64,000 nucleotides of DNA from the NCBI GenBank assembly GCA_964383765.1, contig CAYLHT010000003.1:6328-70327 (forward strand). The letters run 5' to 3'. The position numbers were made by a program, and so were the translations under genes. The stretch comes from an uncultured Gammaproteobacteria bacterium. GTDB taxonomy: Bacteria; Patescibacteriota; Patescibacteriia; SBBC01; CAIJZX01. The notes under the pieces are model-generated. The model was not told where the DNA came from and ran no database searches. It saw only the letters and a program-made list of their open reading frames with translations. Positions 19,845 through 29,174 of this stretch are shown here, one piece after another (the stretch's first letter is position 1; every line of letters begins with the position of its first letter).

Positions 19845-19931
19845 TGGTGGGCCGGGAAGGATTCGAACCTTCGAAGGCGCGAGGCCACCTGATTTACAGT
19901 CAGGTCCATTTGACCACTTTGGTACCGACCC
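19845..19931 (-). tRNA. tRNA-Tyr (anticodon GTA) with long variable arm, CCA-encoded
   Basis: Manual cloverleaf: anticodon loop CTGTAAA, long variable arm, acceptor with a G-U pair. Confidence 0.8.
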
Positions 19932-20080
19932 AGGTTGTAAGGGATCAGCTTAGCGCGTGACTTGCCTTTTGGGGTCCCCGCCAAGGATTTGCTTGGCGGG
20001 GAAAAGCGGGACGCGCAACGAGGGTGGAGTGGGAACGACTTGTCGTTCATACGCAACCCGGGGTGCGCGATCACGCGCGG

Positions 20081-20153
20081 AGCCGTTGACCGGAATTGAA
20101 CCGGTGACCTTCTCCTTACCATGGAGATGCTCTACCAACTGAGCTACAACGGC
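20081..20153 (-). tRNA. tRNA-Thr (anticodon GGT)
   Basis: Manual cloverleaf of the reverse complement; anticodon loop ATGGTAA. Confidence 0.7.
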
Positions 20154-20165
20154 GTGTAAAATTGT

Positions 20166-21143
20166 TTACGTGCGTTCGTTTGGAGATGTGTGCGTTTCGT
20201 ACAATGTCGGTGAGCTTTCGTCTACCGTGACAGCTGGGAACTTGACGCTATTTTCCATGGCTTCAATCTGTTCCCGCCAGCTAGCAATCTTGCTATTCTC
20301 CGGGTTGACGTCGCTCATCTGCCGGACGGCGTCTTCGGCAAACTGTTTCTTACCGGCCCCGATGCTAATTTCAATGTATTCGTCGAGAATCTTGGGGTTG
20401 TTCGGTTCGCGTCGATGGGCTTCTTCAATCCGCTCAAAGGCCAATCGCCACTCCCCCAGCATGCGATCAACCTTGGCTAAGTTCAAGTAGTAGACTGTGT
20501 CGCCGCCGTTGAGCTGGACCGCCCGTTCAAGATCGTGTTCCGCCTCGCGTAGATCCCCACTGGCTAATTCTGCCTCGCCTAAGTGTTCGTAAATAGCATC
20601 TGACTCCCCGACCAATTTCAATAAGTATCGGTAGACTTCCTTGGCATGATCGGGTTGATTGGTCTTGAGATAGAGCTCGCCGAGGAATTCAAAAGCTGGA
20701 ACTGACCGCGGTTCAAGTCGGATGGCCTGCATGGCCTTCTCTTCAGCCGCAGCATCTTCCCCATCGTCCCCGAGGGCTCGCGCTTGAGTCAACAAGTCAG
20801 AGATTTCGCGATCAAGTTTATGTCGTTGGCGCCGATTCAGGAAGACCGGTAGGGAACGAATTTTATACTCGCGTTCGAGCTCCACCAGTTTCTGGTGAGT
20901 CCCTTGCCAAACGTTTTGCACGCGTTGTCCAATTGGTCCCGCCGCAGTCGACACTGCCTCCCAAGCGGTCGTGACTTTCCGTCGTAGTCGTTGCTCGAGC
21001 AGCGAACGTTTGCGAGCTTCAACGGCGGTCGTGGCGGTGATCGCTTCGGTTCGCGCCAACAAGGGAAATTTTCGCACCACGATCACGCCGGCTGCAATCA
21101 AACTGATCGCCACCGCTCCCAGCGAGATCAGCTCAATCGACAT
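20166..21143 (-). CDS. TPR-repeat membrane-anchored protein
   Basis: N-terminal TM, then tetratricopeptide-like repeats. Start is trimmed to an internal Met so that it does not overlap tsf. Confidence 0.45.
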   Translation of the reverse strand: MSIELISLGAVAISLIAAGVIVVRKFPLLARTEAITATTAVEARKRSLLEQRLRRKVTTAWEAVSTAAGPIGQRVQNVWQGTHQKLVELEREYKIRSLPVFLNRRQRHKLDREISDLLTQARALGDDGEDAAAEEKAMQAIRLEPRSVPAFEFLGELYLKTNQPDHAKEVYRYLLKLVGESDAIYEHLGEAELASGDLREAEHDLERAVQLNGGDTVYYLNLAKVDRMLGEWRLAFERIEEAHRREPNNPKILDEYIEISIGAGKKQFAEDAVRQMSDVNPENSKIASWREQIEAMENSVKFPAVTVDESSPTLYETHTSPNERT

Positions 21144-21144
21144 G

Positions 21145-21726
21145 CTAGACGGTTTGGCGGTTAAAGGACACGACTTGGATATTCTCACCCAGCCGGGTAA
21201 TCGCAGCCTGAATCACGTCAGTAATCGTTTGGGTATCGTCTTTGACAAAGGGCTGGTCAAGCAAGCATGTTTCACTGTAGAACTTCTGTAGTTTTCCTTC
21301 GACTATCTTGTCCCACATTTTTTCCGGCTTCCCTTCTGACTGAAGTTGATCGCGGTAAATCGCGCGTTCTTCGTCAAGCACCTCAGCCGGAATCTCGCTG
21401 GATCGGAGGTACCTGGGGTTGGTAGCGGCGACATGGACCGCCAGGTCATGGGCTAAGTTTTTAAAATCATCAGTCCGAGCGACAAAATCGGTTTCGCACG
21501 CCAGGGCGACCATCGCTCCAACTTTACCATTGGCATGCAGGTAGGTCCCAACCACACCTTCCTTAACCGGTCGCGCGCTTTTCTTACTGGCGATTTTCAG
21601 ACCGGCCTTGCGTAGTTCAGTCACGGCCTTGGCCATATCCCCGCCGGCGGCTTCCAAAGCTCGCTTGGCGTCCATTAGGCCGACGCCGGTTTGCTGCCGG
21701 AGGGCGTTAATATCTTGTGCGTTCAT
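21145..21726 (-). CDS. tsf: Elongation factor Ts (short form)
   Basis: N-terminal INALRQQTGVGLMDAKRAL UBA-like motif; downstream of rpsB as usual. Confidence 0.85.
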   Translation of the reverse strand: MNAQDINALRQQTGVGLMDAKRALEAAGGDMAKAVTELRKAGLKIASKKSARPVKEGVVGTYLHANGKVGAMVALACETDFVARTDDFKNLAHDLAVHVAATNPRYLRSSEIPAEVLDEERAIYRDQLQSEGKPEKMWDKIVEGKLQKFYSETCLLDQPFVKDDTQTITDVIQAAITRLGENIQVVSFNRQTV

Positions 21727-22523
21727 ACCTCGTCGGGTGATTCGGCTGAATCTGATTCAGCTGGCATGTCGGTCATGGCTACTCCTGGTTCGACCAGCGC
21801 TTCGGCCGCTTGTTTGGCTTGGGCTGCCAGACGCCGTTCGTTGTCGGCCTGACCGTCGGTCATCGCCTCAACCAGAACTTTGGTGATATAGGCAATCGAC
21901 TTGGTGGCATCGTCGTTGGCTGGAATGACGTAGTCGATCCCGCTTGGATTCACATTTGAATCACACAGGGCGACGACCGGCACGTGCATCAGCGCAGCCT
22001 CACGGATGGCAGTCTTCTCGTGTTTGACGTCAACCACGACGATGGCCGACGGCAGACGATCCAAGGCGCCGAGTCCACCCACCAATTTGTCTAAGCGTTC
22101 AATTTCGCGTTCAAATTCGAGCTGCTCTTTTTTCGTGTACTTTGACAGTTGGCCGGCTGCGCGTTGTTCCTTCAGCGTGGCCAATTTGTGGATCAGCTGC
22201 CGGACATTCGAGAAGTTCGTAAACAGTCCGCCGATCCAGCGATCGACGACGAAGGGCATCGCAGCTTGCTGAGCGGCTTGCAGCACGACCTCGCGGGCTT
22301 GACGCTTGGTCCCGACGAACAGGATCGTGCCGCCGCTCCCGACGGCTTCCCGTAAGAACGCCGCCGCTTGCGTTAACGCCACCTTGGTTTTCTCCAGGTT
22401 GATGATGGACACGCCGTCCCGGGTGGTATACAGGTACGGCTCCATTTTAGGATGTCGACGGCTCGGCTGGTGACCAAAGTGGACACCGGCTTGGAGCATG
22501 TCGAGTAACGTTACGTCCGACAT
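21723..22523 (-). CDS. rpsB: 30S ribosomal protein S2
   Basis: LLDMLQAGVHFGHQ...TRDGVSIINLEKT. Confidence 0.9.
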   Translation of the reverse strand: MSDVTLLDMLQAGVHFGHQPSRRHPKMEPYLYTTRDGVSIINLEKTKVALTQAAAFLREAVGSGGTILFVGTKRQAREVVLQAAQQAAMPFVVDRWIGGLFTNFSNVRQLIHKLATLKEQRAAGQLSKYTKKEQLEFEREIERLDKLVGGLGALDRLPSAIVVVDVKHEKTAIREAALMHVPVVALCDSNVNPSGIDYVIPANDDATKSIAYITKVLVEAMTDGQADNERRLAAQAKQAAEALVEPGVAMTDMPAESDSAESPDEV

Positions 22524-22712
22524 AAGTTCCTTTCTTCCCGATCGAATGACCGGGCCGCTACACCGTGGCTAATCCGGAGCCTCATGACTTAAGGCAGGGC
22601 CGGGCCGAAAGCGGTGTATGTGTGATGGATAAGCGAAAACAACTGCCGCCGCAGTCTACCACGACTCACGTGGCTTGACAAGCCCTAGCCGAAGCGGTAG
22701 ACTGTGCCGGCA

Positions 22713-23006
22713 ATGCAAACCGCCATTCACCCCACCTATACCCACACGGCCAAGGTTACCTGCCTAACCTGTGGCACCACCTTCACGACCGGTTCGACGC
22801 TTGAGGACATCAAAGTCGAAGTCTGTTCGCATTGTCATCCGTTCTATACCGGCAAACAGAATTTGGTTGACACCGCCGGCCGAGTTGATCGGTTCCAGAA
22901 ACTGGTGCAACGGAGTACGACCGACAAACCACGCCGCTCGAAGCGAACCAAGTTGGCTGAAAAGAAGGCGCGCAAGGTCGCCAAGGCGACGAAAGACGAG
23001 GAGTAG
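22713..23006 (+). CDS. rpmE: 50S ribosomal protein L31 with a Lys/Arg-rich C-terminal extension
   Basis: MQTAIHPTY...CxxC...[10 protein letters not shown] motif. The promoter TTGACA-17-TAGACT ends ~10 nt before the ATG. Confidence 0.75.
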   Translation: MQTAIHPTYTHTAKVTCLTCGTTFTTGSTLEDIKVEVCSHCHPFYTGKQNLVDTAGRVDRFQKLVQRSTTDKPRRSKRTKLAEKKARKVAKATKDEE

Positions 23007-23060
23007 ATTCTTAGCGTCTCCACCCCGGTTTCCGGGGCTGATTTGCTATACTAAAGAACC

Positions 23061-24125
23061 ATGATTGATCCCAACCACATCAATCAGTTGCGTCAAGATT
23101 TGCACCACCTGCAGGCAGAATTAGCGTCGGCCAGTACCGCGAATGACCAAGCGGCTATCCGTTCGCTGTCCCAACGGTACGCGGAGGTTGAACAGATTGT
23201 GACCTTGGCTGATCGGCTCGACGAAGTTTCAGCCGCTGAACGAGACGCACACCACAGTGCGACTGACGCCTCGGATCCCGAATTACAACAACTCGCTCAA
23301 CACGAGCTCACGCATTTGTCCAAGCAGCGTCAAGATCTTTCGGCTCAGCTCGAGGAACTACTCACCCCCGGCGATCCGAACGACCGGAAGAATATTATCG
23401 TGGAAATTCGAGGCGGCGCCGGCGGAGATGAAGCGGCGTTATTCGCAGCTGAACTGTTCCGGATGTACAGTCGGTTCGCCGAACGACAAGGCTGGAAAAC
23501 AAATCTACTGTCGTCGAGTCACACCGGCATCGGCGGTTTGAAAGAAGTGATTTTTGAGATCAGTGGGACGAATGTCTATCGCGCGATGAAATATGAGAGC
23601 GGCGTCCACCGTGTGCAGCGGGTGCCTGAGACGGAAAAAAGCGGTCGGGTCCACACGTCAACCGTGACGGTCGCGGTTGTTCCCGAAGCCGAAGAAGCTG
23701 ATTTGGTCATTGATCCAAAAGATTTGAAAATCGTCACCTCAACCTCAAGCGGTCACGGCGGTCAATCGGTCAACACCACCTACTCCGCTATTCGATTAAC
23801 CCACATCCCAACTGGTATCATGGTCACCATGCAGGACGAACGTTCACAGCAACAAAACCGGATTAAAGCCATGCAAGGCTTGCGCTCCCGCTTGCTGGCC
23901 AAACAGGAAACCGAACGTCGCGAACGTGATTCAGCCCTGCGGAAGAGTCAGATTGGGAGCGGCGATCGATCGGAAAAAATTCGAACCTACAATTTCTCGC
24001 AGGATCGTGTGACTGATCACCGCATCAAAGTCAACGTCCACAATTTACCCCAGTTCATGGACGGTGATATTGGGGAATTAACGGAACAATTGCGACAAGC
24101 TGACTTGGCACAACAACACGCATGA
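23061..24125 (+). CDS. prfA: Peptide chain release factor 1
   Basis: GGQ motif (SGHGGQSVNTT), PxT-type tripeptide (PET) and RF1 length. Confidence 0.85.
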   Translation: MIDPNHINQLRQDLHHLQAELASASTANDQAAIRSLSQRYAEVEQIVTLADRLDEVSAAERDAHHSATDASDPELQQLAQHELTHLSKQRQDLSAQLEELLTPGDPNDRKNIIVEIRGGAGGDEAALFAAELFRMYSRFAERQGWKTNLLSSSHTGIGGLKEVIFEISGTNVYRAMKYESGVHRVQRVPETEKSGRVHTSTVTVAVVPEAEEADLVIDPKDLKIVTSTSSGHGGQSVNTTYSAIRLTHIPTGIMVTMQDERSQQQNRIKAMQGLRSRLLAKQETERRERDSALRKSQIGSGDRSEKIRTYNFSQDRVTDHRIKVNVHNLPQFMDGDIGELTEQLRQADLAQQHA

Positions 24126-24952
24126 GTATCAGTCATCAGCTGACGGCGGCGCAACGCCGCTTAAAACAGTCATCCGACAGTCCACGACTTGATGCTGAGT
24201 TATTGTTAGCTCATGTCGTACAAACCGATCGGGCCGGTTTGATCAAGCGGAAAAACGAATCATTGTCGCCCGAGCACGAGCAGGTTTTTCAAGCTTTGAT
24301 TGAATCCCGCCTTCAGGGTTGGCCGGTCGCCTATCTCACGAACCGCCAAGCCTTCGGCGATTTGTCACTCTACGTCACGCCAGACGTTTTGATTCCGCGG
24401 CCAGCCACGGAACTACTGGTCGACGAAATCGTTCAGCGTGTGCCGGCCGATCAGGCTGTCACGATTGCTGACATTGGTACCGGCAGCGGCGCGATCGCAC
24501 TTGCCTTAGCCCTGAATCTTCCGCATGCAAAAATTATTGCGACTGATATTTCTCCACAAGCCCTTTCAATTGCACACTATAACGCCCGACATTCCGGTTT
24601 AACCCAGAGAATCCAATTTCTCCAAGGCACGCTGCTTGAACCTCTCCAACGAGTGGCAACACCTGACATCATCGTGGGGAATCTTCCCTACCTCCGGCCG
24701 GACCAGTTCACCGAACCGTCGATTCAACATGAACCGAGATTAGCGTTGGCTGGTGGTCGAGACGGGTTAACATTAGTCTGGCGACTCTTGGACCAACTTC
24801 ATCAGGTGTATCCGTGGGCTGGGTTAGTGCTTGAACTTCATCCCAATCAAGTTGAAACCGTTGGAGCACACCTCGCTAGTCAATGGCCGCAATATTCCAT
24901 CAGTCGCGTTTCAGACGGACAGACCGACCGTGGCGTGGTCTTGTGGCGGTAA
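24122..24952 (+). CDS. prmC: Release-factor glutamine N5-methyltransferase
   Basis: NLPY (NPPY-type) motif, SAM-binding DIGTGSG, and ATGA-coupled downstream of prfA. Confidence 0.8.
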   Translation: MSISHQLTAAQRRLKQSSDSPRLDAELLLAHVVQTDRAGLIKRKNESLSPEHEQVFQALIESRLQGWPVAYLTNRQAFGDLSLYVTPDVLIPRPATELLVDEIVQRVPADQAVTIADIGTGSGAIALALALNLPHAKIIATDISPQALSIAHYNARHSGLTQRIQFLQGTLLEPLQRVATPDIIVGNLPYLRPDQFTEPSIQHEPRLALAGGRDGLTLVWRLLDQLHQVYPWAGLVLELHPNQVETVGAHLASQWPQYSISRVSDGQTDRGVVLWR

Positions 24953-25029
24953 TCGCCTACGCACCGCTGTATGAAGTTTTTCAACCCCGTTTGAAAATGA
25001 TGAGTTTCTATAGCTACTGTTGCAGATAG

Positions 25030-25058
25030 TTGACAAATATGTTTTCTGAGAATACTGT
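25030..25058 (+). promoter_or_regulatory. sigma70-like promoter TTGACA-17-TACTGT
   Basis: Consensus -35, 17-nt spacer and a TAnnnT -10, followed by an AGGAGG SD and the ATG at 25094. Confidence 0.55.
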
Positions 25059-25093
25059 TCAACGCCCATTCCTGCAGAGGAAAGGAGGATTCG

Positions 25094-25291
25094 ATGGGAG
25101 ACGGTCTCAAGAAATTGGCGGAGGATATCGAGGAGTACCGGGGGTTGTGCGAGAAGTACGGGGAGGAAGTTCAGACCAGGACCGGAGCATATGGCCACTC
25201 TGTGCCCGATCCATACTGCGCACATGCGAAGGGACTCAAGCAGCGTGAGTTGACGGAAGATGCTCAGCGTTCCGACACAGCCCAATCGTAG
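25094..25291 (+). CDS. Small hypothetical protein (65 aa, 2 Cys) with a strong SD and promoter
   Basis: AGGAGG sits 5 nt upstream of the ATG; consensus promoter; terminator downstream. Confidence 0.5.
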   Translation: MGDGLKKLAEDIEEYRGLCEKYGEEVQTRTGAYGHSVPDPYCAHAKGLKQRELTEDAQRSDTAQS

Positions 25292-25328
25292 TCAAGTACT
25301 CGTTATCTCGTCGTTGCTAGCGGTGCAC

Positions 25329-25358
25329 ATCCCGGACTTGATTGCCCGGGATATTTTT
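25329..25358 (+). terminator. Rho-independent terminator (ATCCCGG-loop-CCGGGAT + ATTTTT)
   Basis: Hairpin plus T-run read directly. Confidence 0.65.
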
Positions 25359-25524
25359 CCACGCCGTGCAAACAAAAAAGAACTCTTTGAGAGCCATTGG
25401 GGTTAAAAAATTTCGCTCAACTTTAGGTTATAGGTAGTGCGTCGCACCATTGCAGCCAGACAATTGTATTCTCGCTCTGTCACATCTGACCTACAACCTA
25501 AAACCAACAACCTACCAGCTATCT

Positions 25525-26664
25525 TCAGTAGGTCACTTTCCGATCCAGCGGTAGTGCTTCAATCCAGGTCACGCCCGGGTTGAGCGCTAAGACATTCCCG
25601 CTCGCATCGAGGAATTGTGTTCGACCTGTGGCGCTGTCCTTTTTCCAGGTGCCTTCGGTCGTGGTGCCGTCGCGGAACATCAACATTTTCCCTGTGCCCA
25701 CAGTCTGGAGATCAAGCCGCTCTTTTTCGCCTTTGATCAGTCCGGTTTTCATGAATTCCACAACCACGTTGTCGGCGTAGAGTTGCGTACCGTCGCGCGT
25801 GACGTGGGGCTGATCCGCAACGTACCTGGTGTAGCGGTTGTTGACCCGATCATAGACGTATTTGACGCGGTAGGTGAACGATGAGAAATCAATCACCAGG
25901 TCGGTGACGGTCGCCGGACGCTGCTCGAGCGGCGTCTCGTCTTTGAACGTCCAGGGGGTAAAGGTCGGTGTTTCCGGTTTAACACGATTCACGGCGTCGC
26001 TCATCAGGAAACTACTCGTGTAGAGATTGTGCGGTGCGTGGCGCTGTTTATCTCGAATGAAATTCGGGGCGTGATAGAATTGATTGAAGTCGTACACATT
26101 TGGATGCCCGGTTTTCAGATAGGACAAGGCTTGTGGACTTCCGCCGACATGCAAATACAGTGGATGGTATTCCTCAGCCCAAGAAATGTAGTACGGTCGG
26201 GCCGACCGAATTGGACCGAGTTCTTTGAAATCGGTGCCGACCGGGATCAGGGCCATGAATCGAGTAATGCCGCCCTCGGCTAAGGCTTCATACACGACGC
26301 TCGCTTTATCCAGACCGGACGGCGGCCGCGATTCCTTAATGTTTTCGACCATGGCGGCCAAAATCACCGGGTTCGTCTGATCGGCTGGAACCATCACGCC
26401 ATCCAGCAGCCGCGGAGCTAAAACGGTGGAATTCGTGGACGCCGTATTGGTGGTCGACGTCGTGGCGGGTCGACGCATGACCATCCAGCCAATCGCGGCC
26501 ACGCCGCCAACCACGACCACGCCCACAACCACCCAGGCCCAGGGTGGAATCAAGCGTTTGCGATTCGTTTTCACGACGGTTGCTTTTGAGATCGGCGAAC
26601 CCGCTGAAGGGGTCCCGCTTGAAGGGTTCTGGATTTCAGGTGAAGACTGAGGGCGTTTAGCCAT
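25525..26664 (-). CDS. Membrane-anchored DUF3048 (YerB-like) protein
   Basis: N-terminal TM; FMALIPVG...ARPYYISWAEEY resembles the DUF3048 core. Start is trimmed to an internal Met. Confidence 0.4.
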   Translation of the reverse strand: MAKRPQSSPEIQNPSSGTPSAGSPISKATVVKTNRKRLIPPWAWVVVGVVVVGGVAAIGWMVMRRPATTSTTNTASTNSTVLAPRLLDGVMVPADQTNPVILAAMVENIKESRPPSGLDKASVVYEALAEGGITRFMALIPVGTDFKELGPIRSARPYYISWAEEYHPLYLHVGGSPQALSYLKTGHPNVYDFNQFYHAPNFIRDKQRHAPHNLYTSSFLMSDAVNRVKPETPTFTPWTFKDETPLEQRPATVTDLVIDFSSFTYRVKYVYDRVNNRYTRYVADQPHVTRDGTQLYADNVVVEFMKTGLIKGEKERLDLQTVGTGKMLMFRDGTTTEGTWKKDSATGRTQFLDASGNVLALNPGVTWIEALPLDRKVTY

Positions 26665-27355
26665 TCTTTTTTTCTTCAGGGCTTGGGGCAGCTGCTTCTT
26701 CGGTTGTTTCGTCTTCAGCCGGTTTAGCCTTCTCAACGGTACCGACGGCACTCACATCCTCTTCAACTTTTTCACTCAGGGCGGCAATTTCCTCTTCGCT
26801 CCGAGGCGGTGTGACGCTCGCGACGACTTCTTCGAATCGATCCAAAATGGTAATCCCTTTGGGCGCCTGAATGTCACTGACGTGAATCCGATCTTCAAAA
26901 GTTTTCAATCCGCTGATGTCGACGGCAATATTCGGAACCAGGTCGGCGGGCAAACATTCAACTTTGATTTTGTCCAAGGCCCGGACAAAAATCCCGCCTT
27001 GCTCTTTGACGGCTGGCGATTCACCGATAAAGTTCAGTTCAATTTCGGCTTGGAGCTTTTCTGTCATCTTAACTTGATAGAAATCGACGTGCACGATCGC
27101 CGAGCTAGTGGGATGGCGCTGGACATCGTGAATCAGGACCGTGACCGGGGCATGTCCAGAGACCGATAAGTCGACTAAACTCGTCGAGCCGGCTTGACGC
27201 AAGACGCGGGCCAGCTCAGCTTGTTTGACGACCAGGTTCTGGTTCGCAACGCCGTGACCATACACAACCGCCGGGACCTGATCGGTCCGGCGAAGCTTAC
27301 TGGTCTGTTTGCCGAGGTCAGTTCGACGCTCGGCGGTGAGAGTGTACCGTTCCAT
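26657..27355 (-). CDS. rplY: 50S ribosomal protein L25 / general stress protein Ctc
   Basis: N-terminal L25 fold motif (RTDLGKQTSKLRRTDQVPAVVYG) with a long Ctc-type acidic C-terminal extension. Confidence 0.8.
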   Translation of the reverse strand: MERYTLTAERRTDLGKQTSKLRRTDQVPAVVYGHGVANQNLVVKQAELARVLRQAGSTSLVDLSVSGHAPVTVLIHDVQRHPTSSAIVHVDFYQVKMTEKLQAEIELNFIGESPAVKEQGGIFVRALDKIKVECLPADLVPNIAVDISGLKTFEDRIHVSDIQAPKGITILDRFEEVVASVTPPRSEEEIAALSEKVEEDVSAVGTVEKAKPAEDETTEEAAAPSPEEKKNG

Positions 27356-27376
27356 ACTGGCGATGAACTTCCGGTC

Positions 27377-27739
27377 CTAGAGCCAAACCAACTGCCGGTC
27401 GCTCTGCAGCCAGCGGTACATCTCAAGCACGTCGTCAATTGAGACCGATTGACGTGCCGGTAAATCAATTAATTCCTGACTGGTCAGATCAGTCACGGTC
27501 CCAACTGAAGATAAGCCCGACATACCGGTGGTCACGACTGCGACCACGGCGCTGCCGCACTGTCGACATTCGAGATACAGTAAATGCGCATCATCCCGTT
27601 CAGCCATGATTTGGGTTTTGAGGGGATTGTAGGTCGCCTGACACTGCGGACACACCGTCAAGATCTGGAGGTCGCGACCCGATGAAGGGGTATAGTCGGA
27701 AGCCATAGGAAAATAATCTGAACAGGTTGAGTATAGCAC
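27377..27739 (-). CDS. Hypothetical zinc-ribbon protein
   Basis: CPQC...CRQCG Cys pairs. Confidence 0.3.
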   Translation of the reverse strand: MLYSTCSDYFPMASDYTPSSGRDLQILTVCPQCQATYNPLKTQIMAERDDAHLLYLECRQCGSAVVAVVTTGMSGLSSVGTVTDLTSQELIDLPARQSVSIDDVLEMYRWLQSDRQLVWL

Positions 27740-27766
27740 GTTCGGACGTAGACGTCAAATATTGGT

Positions 27767-28879
27767 TTACCGTGGCGCCACCGATTGACGCACGATCACG
27801 CTCTGGATCAAGCCAACGGCTAATAAGCTGGCGACCATTGAACTTCCGCCATAACTGATGAATGGCAATGGGACTCCCGTGACTGGGAATAAGCCCAAGT
27901 TCATAGCCAGGTTAATCGTGACCTGGATTCCAAGTGTTAAGGCCAAACTCGTGACCAGAAGCAAACTGTAATTATCACGCGTCGACGTCATTAATCGCCA
28001 CAGCCGCCAAAAAAACCAGCCGAATAAACCCACCACTGCCGCTGCACCAACCAAACCCAGTTCTTCACCGATCGAGGCAAAGATGAAATCGGTATGGCGC
28101 TCGGGCAAGAAGTTTAATTGAGACTGTGGGCCAAGTCCAAGCCCCCGTCCCAGCCACTCACCGGAACCGATGGCCGTGATGGCTTGCTGGACATTGTATC
28201 CAGATTTCAATCGATCCCGCCCGGGCGACAAAAAATTAAGAATTCGATCATGCTGGTAGGGTTTGAGAAAGCCGAACCAGCCAATCACGCCCATCACGAC
28301 CAGTCCTAACAGGATCGTCAGTAACCACCGGCGAGGAATCGGCAACAGGATCACCAGTCCGAGCCACATGCCAGCCAGAATGGCGGCCGAACCAAAGTCT
28401 GGCTGCCACAAAATCAAACCCACCGGCACGGCCGTCAACAGTGCACTCGTCACCAGGATCCGCCAATCACCGAGGCGATCGCGATAATCTGAAAAATATC
28501 GGGCCAGGACAACGGCCATGATAATTTTCACAATCTCAACTGGCTGGAACTGGAAGCCGGCGACCACGAACCAACCAGTTGTGCCATGGACGGTTTGCCC
28601 AATCAATCGCACCGCAATCAGTAATCCGAGTGCGACGGCATACAGCATCCAGTGCACACCTCCAAACCAGCGGTAATCCAGTCGACTCACGACCGCTGCA
28701 ATCAGCAGGCCAATCAACGCAAACCCGATTTGTTTCGTGAAGACACTGGCGTTGGCGTCGGTGGCATTAATCGAAAAACTGTAGAGAGCCGCCAATCCAA
28801 ACAAAACTAAGATGACCGTTACAGTCACTAAGCCGAGGTCAACGCCAAATCCCAGCTGGCGCCAGCGGAGGGTGGCCAT
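27767..28879 (-). CDS. SEDS-family peptidoglycan glycosyltransferase (FtsW/RodA)
   Basis: Ten TM helices and a PERHTDFIFASIGEELG motif. Confidence 0.85.
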   Translation of the reverse strand: MATLRWRQLGFGVDLGLVTVTVILVLFGLAALYSFSINATDANASVFTKQIGFALIGLLIAAVVSRLDYRWFGGVHWMLYAVALGLLIAVRLIGQTVHGTTGWFVVAGFQFQPVEIVKIIMAVVLARYFSDYRDRLGDWRILVTSALLTAVPVGLILWQPDFGSAAILAGMWLGLVILLPIPRRWLLTILLGLVVMGVIGWFGFLKPYQHDRILNFLSPGRDRLKSGYNVQQAITAIGSGEWLGRGLGLGPQSQLNFLPERHTDFIFASIGEELGLVGAAAVVGLFGWFFWRLWRLMTSTRDNYSLLLVTSLALTLGIQVTINLAMNLGLFPVTGVPLPFISYGGSSMVASLLAVGLIQSVIVRQSVAPR

Positions 28880-28894
28880 CCCAGTACTACAACT

Positions 28895-29152
28895 TCAATT
28901 TCCGAAAAGGTACTCGCGAAGACGCTTAGCCAGAAACCGGCGCCCACCGGTTGTCTTCAGGTACCTTTCCCGCCTGCGCGCATCCTTTTCGGATAGGCAA
29001 GCTTCGTAATAAATAAGCTTCATGGGTAATCGAGGTTTCGTTGATACAGATTTACCTTGGGCATGATCTGCTAACCGTTCGCGCAAATTGCCCGAAAAAC
29101 CAATATACTTTTGACCGTCTACAGAACTTTGAAGTACGTATGTGTAATACAT
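28895..29152 (-). CDS. GIY-YIG nuclease-family protein (YhbQ/UPF0213-like)
   Basis: YTYVLQS...YIGFSGNLRERLADH...GGRRF motifs of the GIY-YIG fold. Start is trimmed to an internal Met. Confidence 0.55.
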   Translation of the reverse strand: MYYTYVLQSSVDGQKYIGFSGNLRERLADHAQGKSVSTKPRLPMKLIYYEACLSEKDARRRERYLKTTGGRRFLAKRLREYLFGN

Positions 29153-29174
29153 ATTGAAGTTGTAGTACTGGGCA

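Noticed and set aside
19932-20080. A hidden tRNA-Gly or other tRNA in the Tyr-Thr spacer
   Set aside because: No T-loop (GTTCRANYC) or cloverleaf could be built on either strand.
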